A DNA stretch of 64,000 nucleotides from the sequence record OR620964.1; one strand, given 5' to 3'. The notes below the pieces were generated by a model that made no database searches, was not told the DNA's origin, and was given only the letters and a program-made list of their open reading frames with translations. This document shows positions 53,808 to 62,637 of this stretch, in pieces (position 1 is the first letter of the stretch; the number at the start of each line of letters is the position of its first letter). The translations under genes were made by a program, and so were the position numbers.

Positions 53808-54848
53808 ATGAAGAACAAGTCTAACCTTACTGGCGGCCAGATAGAATATGTGATGGATACATTGCTCTACGATTGCTTGCGTGAGGTCGTTGAGAATACT
53901 GATGTATTTGATGTCCAACTCACGTACCTTCTTGGCCTTATTACTTCAAACAAAAAGCGAAAGCCATACAACGCTGAATCCCGCGAACGTGCGATCAGTC
54001 TTTTGATAAAAGCGCTTACAGTTCCGCGTGATCAAAAGATGCAATACGTGATGGAAATAAAAATGGAGCGCAATTTTATCTATGTGTTCCTGACAAATGT
54101 AATTGACCGATACTACGCGACATATGTCGGTCTGTATAGAACATTCATCGGCACTAACGATGACCTTGTTCGTAAAACAAAAGCCAAGCAACTTGATGCT
54201 ATCGTCAGGTCACTTGGTGGTTCGTCTCGGTCTAGCTTGTTTGTTGCACTTAATCGCCTGCATGATATGCTTCCTCAGTTTCAGGAATACTTCCAGACTG
54301 TTGTTGAAGACTTCTATCGCCTGTGTACGCAACAAGCAAAGTTCTATGTTGATACGAACAAGAGTAAGCAGTATGATACATCTGATGTTAAGCAGAACTT
54401 CTTGCGTAACGTCTTAGTTGCAATAAACAAGTATGACGCCTCACGCGGAGCAATCGTCTCATATGTGAAGTGGTGGATCTTGAATGCTCAAACATGCAGT
54501 AGCAGTGAGCATGAATATGGCATTGCCTACACCATACCTCAGACGCAACGTAAGCGACTGGCTACAGGTGAAGATCCGACGACAATAAATTTCTCAATAA
54601 GTCTTGATGCGCCGTCTTCTGAATCCGATGAAGGTTCGGACGCGAGTCTCCATCATAAGGTGAGTGAGTCTGGTCATCTAGAGGATTCGGTTGATAGCGA
54701 AAGACGTGCTGAGAAACTGGGGCTATTGGTTAAACGTATCGACCCATATGGCATCGCAAGGCTCACGTTGGATATTAAAGAGTCGTTCGAGCCGGAAGAG
54801 TTGAAGTTTATGAAAACATATATGCGCCAGCAGGGCCTGATAAACTAA
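53808..54848 (+). CDS. Phage sigma70-family RNA polymerase sigma factor, region 4 apparently absent
   Basis: Region 2 DVKQNFL...AINKYDASRG...SYVKWWILNA; region 3.2 ISLDAP; short C-terminus with no clear HTH. Confidence 0.8.
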   Translation: MKNKSNLTGGQIEYVMDTLLYDCLREVVENTDVFDVQLTYLLGLITSNKKRKPYNAESRERAISLLIKALTVPRDQKMQYVMEIKMERNFIYVFLTNVIDRYYATYVGLYRTFIGTNDDLVRKTKAKQLDAIVRSLGGSSRSSLFVALNRLHDMLPQFQEYFQTVVEDFYRLCTQQAKFYVDTNKSKQYDTSDVKQNFLRNVLVAINKYDASRGAIVSYVKWWILNAQTCSSSEHEYGIAYTIPQTQRKRLATGEDPTTINFSISLDAPSSESDEGSDASLHHKVSESGHLEDSVDSERRAEKLGLLVKRIDPYGIARLTLDIKESFEPEELKFMKTYMRQQGLIN

Positions 54849-54855
54849 CTGGAAA

Positions 54856-54864
54856 CTGTAAACA
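54856..54864 (+). promoter_or_regulatory. Putative phage promoter motif variant CTGTAAACA
   Basis: 41 nt upstream of the SSB gene. Confidence 0.55.
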
Positions 54865-54904
54865 AGAAGTATACAGCAACCTACTCAATATTGAGGATTT
54901 ATAA

Positions 54905-56137
54905 ATGGGACGTGGTTTCGATTCCGTTCAAGATAAGCAGCAACGTGATAATCTACGTGAGACTGATATCTTTGAAATTTTATCGCTTTCTCAGAAAGCA
55001 AATAACCAGTGGGTTTCACTGCGTTTCCTTCCCGGTGATTTGCTTCCTATTAAAAAGCACTGGATTAAAATTATGGGTGGTAAGGATAAGGATAAACCAA
55101 TCACTATCCCCCGCATGTGTGTTAGCTTTGACCCTGATAACCAAGAGAAGCCTCTTGAGGGACGTGATTGTCCTTACTGTGGTATTCAACATGGTAATGA
55201 TGAGACAGGCGCTCCTGCCCGTGTAGACTTCAAATACTTAGCTCAGGCGATTAGCCGTGATGCTCAGGAATCTAAGCCACGTAAACTCAAGCCAATGACT
55301 AAGAAAGAAAAGTCAACTGGCAAGAAAGAAATGACTTCTGATTCATGGACTCCTGTAGTAGTCGTGCCTTTAACACCAGGCGTAGCGCGTAAGATCAAAG
55401 AATACAGTGAACGTAACTTCCACGAAGTCAAAGATAAAAAGACTAAGAAGAAAACTAAAACTGCATTCCCACTGTCTCACGCGAAATATGGCCTTGATGT
55501 TGATATCAAGTACAACCCAAAAGCTGCTGGTGCGGAGAAGTATTCTGTCGATAAAGGTGCGCATACGCCTCTGACAGAAGAAGAGTTAGAATATCTGACT
55601 TGGGACTTCGAAGACTGGAATGAGATCTACGACCTGTTAGGCCGTCTGGATACTCAGGGTGCATTGAAAGACTTTAAATCAATGGACGTTCAGGGCCAAG
55701 ACTCTGAATCCGATGATGAAGATGATGACGATGACGATGGCATGTCTCTTGGCAAGAAAAAGAAAGGCGCTAAGGCAGATAAAAAGAAACGTCGTTCAAT
55801 GAAAGATGATGATGATGATGATGACGACGAAGACGAAGATGATGAGCCTAAGAAAAAGGCCAAGAAAACTAAGTCTCGCCGCATGATTGCAGATGACGAT
55901 GAAGAAGACGATGAACCTAAGAAGAAAAAGAAATCTTCAAAGGTGAAGTCTAAGAAATCTTCTAAGTCAGACGACGATGATGAAGACGAAGACGATGAAC
56001 CTAAGAAGAAAAAGAAATCTTCAAAGGTGAAGTCTAAGAAGTCAAAGTCTGATGATGACGAAGACGACGATGCGCCTAAGAAGAAGAAGAAAAAGAAATC
56101 TTCTGACGATGCACCGAAGAAAAAGAAAAAGAAGTAA
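54905..56137 (+). CDS. gp32-like single-stranded DNA-binding protein with long Asp/Lys block tail
   Basis: LRFLPG...HWI...CVSF...CPYC core; directly upstream of recA; ~130-aa charged tail. Confidence 0.7.
   Translation: MGRGFDSVQDKQQRDNLRETDIFEILSLSQKANNQWVSLRFLPGDLLPIKKHWIKIMGGKDKDKPITIPRMCVSFDPDNQEKPLEGRDCPYCGIQHGNDETGAPARVDFKYLAQAISRDAQESKPRKLKPMTKKEKSTGKKEMTSDSWTPVVVVPLTPGVARKIKEYSERNFHEVKDKKTKKKTKTAFPLSHAKYGLDVDIKYNPKAAGAEKYSVDKGAHTPLTEEELEYLTWDFEDWNEIYDLLGRLDTQGALKDFKSMDVQGQDSESDDEDDDDDDGMSLGKKKKGAKADKKKRRSMKDDDDDDDDEDEDDEPKKKAKKTKSRRMIADDDEEDDEPKKKKKSSKVKSKKSSKSDDDDEDEDDEPKKKKKSSKVKSKKSKSDDDEDDDAPKKKKKKKSSDDAPKKKKKK
55904..56040 (+). repeat. Perfect 53-bp direct repeat, two copies, 84-bp period, in the SSB tail
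   Basis: 55904-55956 and 55988-56040 are identical and encode EDDEPKKKKKSSKVKSKK. Confidence 0.85.
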
Positions 56138-56153
56138 TCTGAAATAATACACG

Positions 56154-56181
56154 GGGTGGCAATCGCCGCCCTTTGTTTTTT
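56154..56181 (+). terminator. Rho-independent terminator
   Basis: GGGTGGC-AATC-GCCGCCC-TTTGTTTTTT. Confidence 0.8.
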
Positions 56182-56204
56182 CTCAAGCGGATTATACCAA
56201 ACAA

Positions 56205-59200
56205 ATGGCAAAAGCAAAGAAAGAAAAGAAAAGCAAAGCTACAGAGCTTGCTGACGTTGGTATTGTTGCAGCCCTAGCATTCGATATGAGTGCTATGATG
56301 GATGAACAACTTGACCAGATCGAAAAGAAAACAAAAATCAGTAGCCAGAGCATGATGCGTCATGCTGAGCGTGTGTCTACTGGTGCCCTTGCTCTTGATA
56401 TGTATTTGGATGGCGGTATTGTACCAGGCGGCTGGTATACTTTCAGCGGCGGTGAGCAATCTTGTAAGTCAACCATGACAATGAGTATCATGGCTACGCT
56501 TATCAAACTTGCATACTCTGGTATTGCCGCTGTGTTTGACTTTGAAGGCTCGACTGATGCCGATTACGTAGCTGGCCAGTTGAAGACTCACGGCGTAACT
56601 GTTGATCCTAAGACCATATTTGGTGTTAAGGATGATGAGACAGGTGAATGGCTAATCAAGCCTCGTATTCGTTACTACTCTCCAGATAACGGTGAGAAAT
56701 TCTTTGACTACATGAGCATGTTGCGTATCCGCCTGCCTGAGAAAGTTGTAGAGAAAGACGGTTCCGCTTATCTGCTATTTGAGAACACTAACGATAACCG
56801 CAAGAAAGTTGGCGATAAGTACGATAAGAAATGGTTCAGCAAGCACAACCAGTTTAAGGTTCCTGCTGCTGATGGTCATATGCAAGCAATTGCTCTTGTC
56901 GATTCCTATCCAGCAATGTTGCCCGATGCTCTGGATGATGACGATGCTTCTAAAGCAATGGCGATTCAAGCTCGTATGTTCTCTGATGGTATCAAGCGTA
57001 TTCGTGGTGGCATGCGTCGTAAGATGATTACGATTGTTGGTGTTAACCAATTACGCCAGAAGCCTGCTACTATGTTCGGCTGCTTGCATGGATCTACGCA
57101 GGTACAGTTCGTTGACGGTCGTGTCCATACCATGAAAGACATAGTTGATCAACGCATTGAAGGTCAAGTGTGGTCTATCAATGAAGAGACACGCGCTATT
57201 GAAGCACGTTCAATCATTGATTGGCATTACAATGGTGATGTTGAGCATAAAGACCATTGGATGAAGATCGTTACTCGCTGCCCTGAGACAGGCAACGGTC
57301 AAGCCTTCGTTATCTGTACTCCTAACCATGAAGTCCTGACAGACAGTGGTTGGAAACGCGCAGACGAGGTTACGTTAACTGATCGCATGGTATCTAAGTT
57401 CACTTCTGTTCGTCGTGGTACTGTTTCGCAATTCCTAAATGCCATGGCTGTTGGTGATAGTTCGATTGTATCGGATAGCCCGAATAGCGGTCTGATGAAA
57501 TTGCAGGATAACCTAAACCCTGACTACGTGCAGTGGAAGATGGATAAGCTCGAACCATTCTTTACGTTTGATTCTTACTCTGCTTCGCATAACGGTGAGT
57601 GTTATATTGCTCGTGGCAGCGACTTCGTTGCGTACTCTAAACATGTGCCTGAACGTGAGCCATGGAAAGTTAAGTTTGATGATATGTCGTTTGCTGTGTT
57701 CTACATGGACGACGGTACATTACACGCAGGCTCTTCGGCCAGATTTAGTGTTAAGCGATTCAAGGGTAACGCCAAAGCACTAGCTAAAATAGCTCAGATG
57801 TGGCAGGAACATGGATTTACCGTGAATCATAGCCACGACGATGGTTGTTTCTGGCTGACGAAAGAAGATAGTATTGAGTTCTTCGAGCGCATTCGCAAGT
57901 ACGTGCCTGACTGTATGCAGTATAAACTACCTACTGAGCATCAAGGCTTCTACAAAGAGTTTGAACTGACAGGCGAAGAACACCAACGTCCTGTATATGT
58001 CGAAGTGATTCGTACTGAAAATGGTAGCGACCGTGCTTTCCGAATGAAAGGTAAGTATGATATCTCGGTTGAGCATAATCATAACTACATGGTTGGCAAT
58101 AGTAAGAACGGAATCGTGGTACATAACAGTCCCGAATACGAGCCATGTGGGGACGCCTTGAAGTTCTACTGTTTTGCGGAAGATACTCTCATTCGCACAG
58201 ACTGTGGCCTGATGACTGCGCCTCAGATGATGAACGTAATCGATCAAGGTGGTAGTTTTGAGATCGAGACGTTGAATGGATTCAGCCCTGCTGCCAAAGT
58301 CTGGCGTGTTGAAGATGCACCGTATCCAATTCTTATTGATGCATCTGGTCATACATATACAGGCAGTGCGCAACATCGCCAGCTTGTGTTTGTTGCAGAT
58401 ACAACGGATAAGAATGAAAGCGTAATGCGCACAGAGTGGCTAACGCTTGAGAAAATGGCTACAGAAGATCGTCCGTACTTCGCTGCAATGCGTTTCGCTT
58501 CTCTGGAAGAACTGCAACAAAATTGCCCAGATGATTATGATGAAGCCCGTGCTCTGATCCTTTCACTGCTTCTGAGTGTTGCACAAATATCGACTCGGTC
58601 TATCTCTATCGGAACAACTCTTGATGGGCGTGTTCTGGAAGAGAAAGGTACTGTTGTTTCTTTCCGTGACGTTAGCACAAACCTTGTTGTACGTGCATTC
58701 TCTAACATCGGCATCATCGCACTGGCACAAGAAGAGAGTGTATTAATTCCTGCGCTAGACGCGACTGAGTTAGGTACGATTGTATCAAACGGTATCACTC
58801 CTGAACAAAGTTCAATGCAGCGTAGTCTAATGATGCAATTGGCTATTATGGATTCTATGCCTGAGTTGGCTCGATTCATTACTGACTTCAATCAGAACAT
58901 ATTCCCTAATGCGCCTGTGTATCTTGATGATAACGAGCGTCTGGCATTTGTGCTTGATGAAATTCGTATGCATGAATATGTGTTTAACGAATATGCAGCG
59001 GCGTATGATGCGATCCAGTTCCAGTTGGCTTATGTAGAAGATTTCTATCAGTTCTGTGGTAACATGGTTCCTGTATCGTGCTCTCTGCGTGTACTGGAGA
59101 AACCTACTGTCTTCTATGATGTGAACGTACCAGAGACAAGTGTTGTTATCACTAATGGCTTTGTTTCGCATAACAGTGATGTTCGTGTTCGTCTGGCTTC

Positions 59201-59708
59201 ACGCGCTGTGCCTGAGGGCTGGACTAAACTGAAAGACGCGCCTGGTATTGTTGGTGAAGATTCAGTAACCGTTGAAGGTGGTACAGACCGTTACCGTTTC
59301 ATCGCAGGCAAGACTATCAAGAACAAGATGGGTGGTATTCCTAACCAACAGACTTGGTTCCGTCTGTGGGAATCTGATGGTGATGGTGTAGCGCGTGGGT
59401 TCGACCCAGTGTTTGACACATGGCACTACATGAAAACTATCGGTCTTGTTGCAGGTCCGCGTAAGAAGATCAAGTTCCTCAAGCCGTGCCCATTAGCTTC
59501 TGAGAAAGCAGTTGATTGGCAGGAATTCAGAACGTTGATTAACGGTGATAAGAAACAGATCACTGATATCTGTAAGAAACTAGGTGTTAAGCCACAAGGC
59601 TTGCGTCTATGGTGCTTCAAGTTCTTGCGCTCCGCTCAAGGTAAAGAACGACTTAAGGCAAGTATTAGCCGTAGTGCCAAGAAAGCACAACATGAAGACG
59701 ACGAGTAA
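56205..59708 (+). CDS. recA: RecA/UvsX recombinase precursor with two inteins (~483 aa after splicing)
   Basis: STGALALD, Walker A GGEQSCKS, FDFEG, Walker B LVDS, QAR, VNQLRQK..MFG/SPEYEPCGDALKFY/SDVRV. Confidence 0.93.
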   Translation: MAKAKKEKKSKATELADVGIVAALAFDMSAMMDEQLDQIEKKTKISSQSMMRHAERVSTGALALDMYLDGGIVPGGWYTFSGGEQSCKSTMTMSIMATLIKLAYSGIAAVFDFEGSTDADYVAGQLKTHGVTVDPKTIFGVKDDETGEWLIKPRIRYYSPDNGEKFFDYMSMLRIRLPEKVVEKDGSAYLLFENTNDNRKKVGDKYDKKWFSKHNQFKVPAADGHMQAIALVDSYPAMLPDALDDDDASKAMAIQARMFSDGIKRIRGGMRRKMITIVGVNQLRQKPATMFGCLHGSTQVQFVDGRVHTMKDIVDQRIEGQVWSINEETRAIEARSIIDWHYNGDVEHKDHWMKIVTRCPETGNGQAFVICTPNHEVLTDSGWKRADEVTLTDRMVSKFTSVRRGTVSQFLNAMAVGDSSIVSDSPNSGLMKLQDNLNPDYVQWKMDKLEPFFTFDSYSASHNGECYIARGSDFVAYSKHVPEREPWKVKFDDMSFAVFYMDDGTLHAGSSARFSVKRFKGNAKALAKIAQMWQEHGFTVNHSHDDGCFWLTKEDSIEFFERIRKYVPDCMQYKLPTEHQGFYKEFELTGEEHQRPVYVEVIRTENGSDRAFRMKGKYDISVEHNHNYMVGNSKNGIVVHNSPEYEPCGDALKFYCFAEDTLIRTDCGLMTAPQMMNVIDQGGSFEIETLNGFSPAAKVWRVEDAPYPILIDASGHTYTGSAQHRQLVFVADTTDKNESVMRTEWLTLEKMATEDRPYFAAMRFASLEELQQNCPDDYDEARALILSLLLSVAQISTRSISIGTTLDGRVLEEKGTVVSFRDVSTNLVVRAFSNIGIIALAQEESVLIPALDATELGTIVSNGITPEQSSMQRSLMMQLAIMDSMPELARFITDFNQNIFPNAPVYLDDNERLAFVLDEIRMHEYVFNEYAAAYDAIQFQLAYVEDFYQFCGNMVPVSCSLRVLEKPTVFYDVNVPETSVVITNGFVSHNSDVRVRLASRAVPEGWTKLKDAPGIVGEDSVTVEGGTDRYRFIAGKTIKNKMGGIPNQQTWFRLWESDGDGVARGFDPVFDTWHYMKTIGLVAGPRKKIKFLKPCPLASEKAVDWQEFRTLINGDKKQITDICKKLGVKPQGLRLWCFKFLRSAQGKERLKASISRSAKKAQHEDDE
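57081..58127 (+). mobile_element. RecA intein 1, 349 aa, with LAGLIDADG endonuclease
   Basis: CLHGSTQV...VVHN, +1 Ser; CTPNH block B; NAMAVGDSS and AVFYMDDG endonuclease blocks. Confidence 0.92.
58170..59174 (+). mobile_element. RecA intein 2, 335 aa, endonuclease motifs apparently degenerate
   Basis: CFAEDTLI...FYDVNV...FVSHN, +1 Ser; GSAQH block B; no clear LAGLIDADG motif. Confidence 0.9.
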
Positions 59709-59745
59709 CAGTCAATTGGGCAAGGATGCCCTATATTTAACTAAT

Positions 59746-59754
59746 CTGTAAACA
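59746..59754 (+). promoter_or_regulatory. Putative phage promoter motif variant CTGTAAACA
   Basis: Follows a small hairpin at 59718-59731, upstream of ATG 59821. Confidence 0.5.
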
Positions 59755-59820
59755 TAACATAGAGTGAGAGATTTACTCTCACTCATCCCACTCGATAGAC
59801 CATAAGGTCAGGAGTATTAA

Positions 59821-60537
59821 ATGATGAAGAAAATTCACGTACAGACGCTACCACTAGAAGCACTCAATGGACTTGTTCATGGTTTCCATCACCACGAACG
59901 TCACAACGATCCTGCTCAATGTTCTTTGTATTACATTGACGTGACCGCCCAAGCAGCGCAGCACTCCTTGTACGCTATTCTGAAAAAAGAAAAACACAAC
60001 ATCAAACCTGCTGGTTACGATAGTATTAGTTCTATCCGAGGTACAACTCTGCCCGAAATATCTGGTGCTGTATTATCGACGAACCTTCTACACGTTGACC
60101 GTGCATCTATCGCATCTAATCTAAACGAAATGTTTGGCAGTATGATCCGTTCAGGAATCACTAAACAAAGTACCATAACAATTTATGGTGAGCCTGGGAT
60201 TGAGAAGCTCATACGCATGGCGAACGATATTGCATACGAATCATATAAGCATGATGGGCCTGCTTATCTTAAATCAGGTCACTCTGAGCTTACATCAAAT
60301 ATGCCGATCGAGAATCTGACGAAATTGTATCTCGATACAGAGAAAAACATCTGCGATACTCTACGCAACTCTCATACTAACGTATACACATTCGGCCCTG
60401 AGATTGGACTCTTGGACATTACGTGGCTGGCTAAGTTTCTTTCGTGTGTTAGGCGAACAGGTAAGAGTGTAATGCTTCACCCAGAACTTCATCGTAAGTT
60501 CTACGAAGCTGAAATTTCAATCTACGAATCCTTATAA
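59821..60537 (+). CDS. Hypothetical protein, 238 aa
   Basis: GGAG RBS. Confidence 0.8.
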   Translation: MMKKIHVQTLPLEALNGLVHGFHHHERHNDPAQCSLYYIDVTAQAAQHSLYAILKKEKHNIKPAGYDSISSIRGTTLPEISGAVLSTNLLHVDRASIASNLNEMFGSMIRSGITKQSTITIYGEPGIEKLIRMANDIAYESYKHDGPAYLKSGHSELTSNMPIENLTKLYLDTEKNICDTLRNSHTNVYTFGPEIGLLDITWLAKFLSCVRRTGKSVMLHPELHRKFYEAEISIYESL

Positions 60538-60583
60538 CCTAACACCACGCAGTGTGTAGTTATCCACTGTGCGAGAGAGTATT

Positions 60584-61291
60584 ATGAAAATACATGCCTA
60601 CCGTAGCGATCAGGACGTACCCTACTACGAACCTGGTTTCCATGTTATGTCACACACTGCGACACCTGAATCAGTTAAGCAGATGCTACACGCATGGACG
60701 TGGAACTCGGCCCTTGCTTTTACTCTAGCAGCACTGCCAAATGACCAACTATTTCTCATATCACCAGATAGCGAGAGCCGCTTTGTTACACAGGCCCAAC
60801 GTGACGACCTGTTATTTCGATCTAAGTTGGATCAGTACAATGTTATCGAGAATATATCATCCAGAGATTCCCGATATCGATTCCTATCAGTACCTCAGTA
60901 TCGTGTACCAGTAGATGCAGAGTATATGATGGAATCTCTGCCTCTGCACATGGCAGCATATCTGGCAGCCGCTTTGACAGTCGGTAAGCTGCGAGAAAAA
61001 CTGAATGCCATATTCAGTGATGTGCTGTATTCAAATGACCAACGTGATACTAGGGCACATGCCATATGTATGGATACGTTAACGTCTATGATGCAGGCAG
61101 AGTCAAACACGCGATTAGGACTTGGCATAGAGCTTACCACACAGCTTGACGAGCTTCTAATTGGTACAAAAGGTACAGACCTACAGTTCGCCATCTGTTT
61201 GTCAAGGCCACGAGAAGTACACCTGCTAAATGGAAAGTTACGAAACGTGGTTGACGAGAATTACCTGATTAATGATCTAGGCTTGAAATAG
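60584..61291 (+). CDS. Hypothetical protein, about 235 aa
   Basis: Start refined to ATG 60584. Confidence 0.8.
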   Translation: MKIHAYRSDQDVPYYEPGFHVMSHTATPESVKQMLHAWTWNSALAFTLAALPNDQLFLISPDSESRFVTQAQRDDLLFRSKLDQYNVIENISSRDSRYRFLSVPQYRVPVDAEYMMESLPLHMAAYLAAALTVGKLREKLNAIFSDVLYSNDQRDTRAHAICMDTLTSMMQAESNTRLGLGIELTTQLDELLIGTKGTDLQFAICLSRPREVHLLNGKLRNVVDENYLINDLGLK

Positions 61292-61295
61292 TAAT

Positions 61296-61335
61296 ATAAG
61301 GGAACAGAGAGATCAAACGTCTCCTGTTCCCTTAT
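61296..61335 (+). terminator. Long hairpin, probable terminator
   Basis: ATAAGGGAACAG...CTGTTCCCTTAT arms after the stop at 61291. Confidence 0.65.
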
Positions 61336-61432
61336 TGCGTTTATGGCAGGAAAGAGTAGCAGAAACGTTCCTTGTGACTAATTTTAAACGTCGGCAAGAA
61401 GTGCTGACTTACAATTAATCTTTGGGACAATA

Positions 61433-61687
61433 ATGATGTGTATACGCAGCCGGATACGATTGCAGTATGGTGAAAGAACTAGGGCGCTCTGCTCTACTCT
61501 GACTGACACGCAGGCTATCGCGCTTCATGCTGAGGTAGTAGATTGCTCAACATTTACTTCTGTTACAAAACATTGCCGAACGGTTCAGCACTCGCCCAAT
61601 CTTGTCTCATTCTTTATGGATGATATGCTTATTGGTCAGACTGTCTGGAACGAGGAAGACCTACACTTCCGACTTATGGCATCTTGA
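61433..61687 (+). CDS. Hypothetical protein, 84 aa
   Basis: GGGA RBS; bounded by two terminators. Confidence 0.55.
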   Translation: MMCIRSRIRLQYGERTRALCSTLTDTQAIALHAEVVDCSTFTSVTKHCRTVQHSPNLVSFFMDDMLIGQTVWNEEDLHFRLMAS

Positions 61688-61693
61688 CTAAAT

Positions 61694-61724
61694 GGGACAT
61701 TCCTTAACAGGGTGTCCCTTTCTT
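61694..61724 (+). terminator. Rho-independent terminator
   Basis: GGGACATTCCT-TAAC-AGGGTGTCCC-TTTCTT. Confidence 0.75.
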
Positions 61725-61814
61725 CGTAGATTGTAACCAAGTATTGATTCTACTGGCATGATTGTGGAAGAGATTGCCGATCGGATATTAAACCAAGAAC
61801 AAAGAGGACTACTA

Positions 61815-62624
61815 ATGAAAACTGTCTCAATCTCTGCCGCAACTGCTGCACAAAAGGATGCGGGTAATTATCTATTCGGTAAGAATGGTGCTGCTATCGT
61901 TATTGCACTGGATAAGCTGAATAAAGTAAAAGAAATCAATATGCCGCATCTTGATGGTTTCTTAAACATGATCAAGAATGCACCAGATGAGGATATCATC
62001 AAGTTTAGAGGATCGCCATCGGGTAAGAAGTCTATTGCTGCATTGCGCACCTTTGCCACAGCGAAGACATTGATCACTGCCTTGACTGCAATTAAAAGCA
62101 TTCGTGTTCCTGCACAATGGATTAATACACATGAGGCAACTGTGGTTGTTGCTGAAACTACAGCGATACGCGCAAGCAAAACATCAGGTAAGAAACCTGC
62201 TAAGCCTGACGAGCAAGCTAATCCCCATGCACCTGATGCTGTTACAGTAGTTGAAGATACGCCTAACGCCAAGCCTAAGACCGATGTTGCTTTGGTAGAT
62301 GAGATGGCTGATATCAATGTATCGAAGTTCGGTCGTATGGACGTCACCAAACGTTGTAATTACTTTGAAGCATTCGCCAGAGTCTTAGGCAAAGCGCTTG
62401 TTACTTCCGTAAGTGATGGCATATATACAACTGCCGTCCTTGCACAAAAGCCTCTGATTCGTGCATCTGAAAATGGCCTGGCATTTGAGATTACCTACGA
62501 AGGTAAAGCCTGGCAGTTACGCAAGATGCTTAGTAAGAAAGCTCTTGTTGTATTCGGCGAAACACTGGATGTATCTGTTGTCTTTGAAGAACTTGTAAAA
62601 CGTTTCAACAAGGCTCGCAAATAA
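61815..62624 (+). CDS. Hypothetical protein, 269 aa; N-terminal domain paralogous to 44..1186
   Basis: Start refined to ATG 61815 (GAGG RBS). Confidence 0.85.
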   Translation: MKTVSISAATAAQKDAGNYLFGKNGAAIVIALDKLNKVKEINMPHLDGFLNMIKNAPDEDIIKFRGSPSGKKSIAALRTFATAKTLITALTAIKSIRVPAQWINTHEATVVVAETTAIRASKTSGKKPAKPDEQANPHAPDAVTVVEDTPNAKPKTDVALVDEMADINVSKFGRMDVTKRCNYFEAFARVLGKALVTSVSDGIYTTAVLAQKPLIRASENGLAFEITYEGKAWQLRKMLSKKALVVFGETLDVSVVFEELVKRFNKARK

Positions 62625-62637
62625 ATATAGTACCTAA

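Noticed and set aside
56440-56475. Non-canonical RecA Walker A, GGEQSCKS
   Set aside because: Phage recombinases vary at this position (T4 UvsX also lacks the Gly before Lys), so it is not evidence of inactivity
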